A DNA stretch of 63,863 bases, counting the filler, from Folioceros fuciformis (lineage: Eukaryota), in assembly GCA_049999805.1 (NCBI GenBank). It is 10 parts of 10 records of this genome, joined end to end, with 100 filler letters (N's around TTAATTAATTAA, not from the genome) between each part and the next. Parts side by side here need not be neighbours in the genome. Positions count along the whole stretch, not along the records: positions 62,749 to 63,863 come from JBNGIO010002159.1; 9 more parts are not named here. One strand, written 5' to 3'. Under the pieces are notes generated by a model. The model searched no databases. It saw only the letters and a program-made list of their open reading frames with translations, and had not been told where the DNA came from. Position 1 is the stretch's first letter. Every line of letters starts with the position of its first letter. Of the stretch, positions 62,749 to 63,863 are shown piece after piece. Position numbers and translations under genes: made by a program.

Positions 62749-63863
62749 GTTGCATTCCGTTCAAGTACTACAGGGGGTTTTTCATGCTCCCCCTCAATGT
62801 AGTCCCAATAACCCTTTCCCATAAGAAAGTTTGTAAAACGAAACTTCCAGGCATGGAAGTTGTTTTTGTCCAGCTTCTCCTGTACGATCTGGTTAATACT
62901 GTCACTGGCCATTCTTGCCACCACTCAAGGTTGACACTCAATCCTTTCTTGAGTACTCACACCTGATAAATGTCTGAAAGAACCAGACTGCTTCTGACTG
63001 GAGTTTTACTCACAAGACCTTAAGTCTCTTCTTCCTAAGAGCAATCTGGTGCGGAATCACGCTGCCTTGCGTGAACCAGATTGTCTCATGCTCCGTGTCC
63101 TTACAGACTCTTGACTGTCTGCCCACAAAGCTCCCGTGAGATTTCCTGTCAATTCCTTCCCTGCTGCCAAGCTAGGGTTAGCACACTTTCTTGCAGCTGC
63201 TGAGGCTATTGCAGCTGTTGCCTCCACTTGTCAGCCCTTCCACAGAGCTCTGGGGATCAACAGCTAGTCCAGTAAGCTGACAGGGCCTTGTCGCCCTTCT
63301 CCTCACTTCCTGCACACACCGATATGAGAGTTAGCTGCCGGGACGCTTGCTGCCGATCTCCCTCCAAGCTGCTCCAACTTCTCGTAGCTGCTCTAGCTTC
63401 TGGTGTGCACTCTTGCTGCCTCTTGCAGCACCTCCTACGTCGATCTTGCACCGCCTGCACCGGGCTCTGATACCATGTCAATAGAATCGACTCCAGTCTA
63501 CGTGCAAGTGTAGGAGAGGAGAGGAGAGAAGAGAGGGTGGTATTGGTGATCACAACCATGAAAACAATACACATCACCACTGTCTTACTATGGAGGTCCG
63601 AGGTCTCCATTTAAGTAGTACATTTAGGGCTACACAACTTCCAGGTTCAATATGGGATAATCTACACTATCCTAAGTTCACTAATAACTAGAACTAGTCT
63701 AGTATGAACCCAACTGGGATAACTAACACCACATGAGTTTAGCTCATATAGAGCTCGATAACTCAACACCCTAGACACTTGGTCTGGCCACCGATTCGCC
63801 CAAAGTACCATGGCCCAAGGAGACTTTGGGTATAAATACCTCGGTTTTATCCTCAACCCAAGC
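62749..63863 (-). mobile_element. Copia element (family D, gag related to family A): LTR from 63476, PBS 63475-63464, leader, gag start at 62912
   Basis: TGACA|TGGTATCAGAGC on the minus strand; MASDSINQIVQEKLDKNNFHAWKFRFTNFLMGKGYWDYIEG. The LTR distal end was not determined. Confidence 0.85.

Overview
Eukaryotic nuclear DNA from a land plant, probably a non-seed plant with a compact genome (inferred from ~85-180 bp GT-AG introns, a nuclear-encoded plastid L13, and ZNFX1-like and Oca4-like genes). The window is ten contigs joined by nine artificial 100-nt spacers (N44-TTAATTAATTAA-N44), so adjacency across spacers is not evidence. Host genes: plastid ribosomal L13, complex I NDUFS5, an Oca4-like pseudophosphatase, a cis-prenyltransferase, a ZNFX1-like helicase with NF-X1 zinc fingers, a GT47 exostosin-type glycosyltransferase, a ~1200-aa coiled-coil protein with a 99-residue super-repeat, and the 3' half of an EBS/SHL BAH-PHD gene. 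Much of the rest is transposon debris: several Ty1/copia elements (PBS and LTR visible), a Ty3/gypsy gag-protease interrupted by a copia, the 5' end of a CRE-like non-LTR element, and a PIF/Harbinger relic carrying a ~179-bp tandem array. The best candidate for an under-described system is at 25.3-31.8 kb: a decayed Sola-like (LDN...GHTH-type) transposase divergently paired with a ParB/Srx-like cargo gene. All family assignments come from motif recognition by eye; no searches were run.
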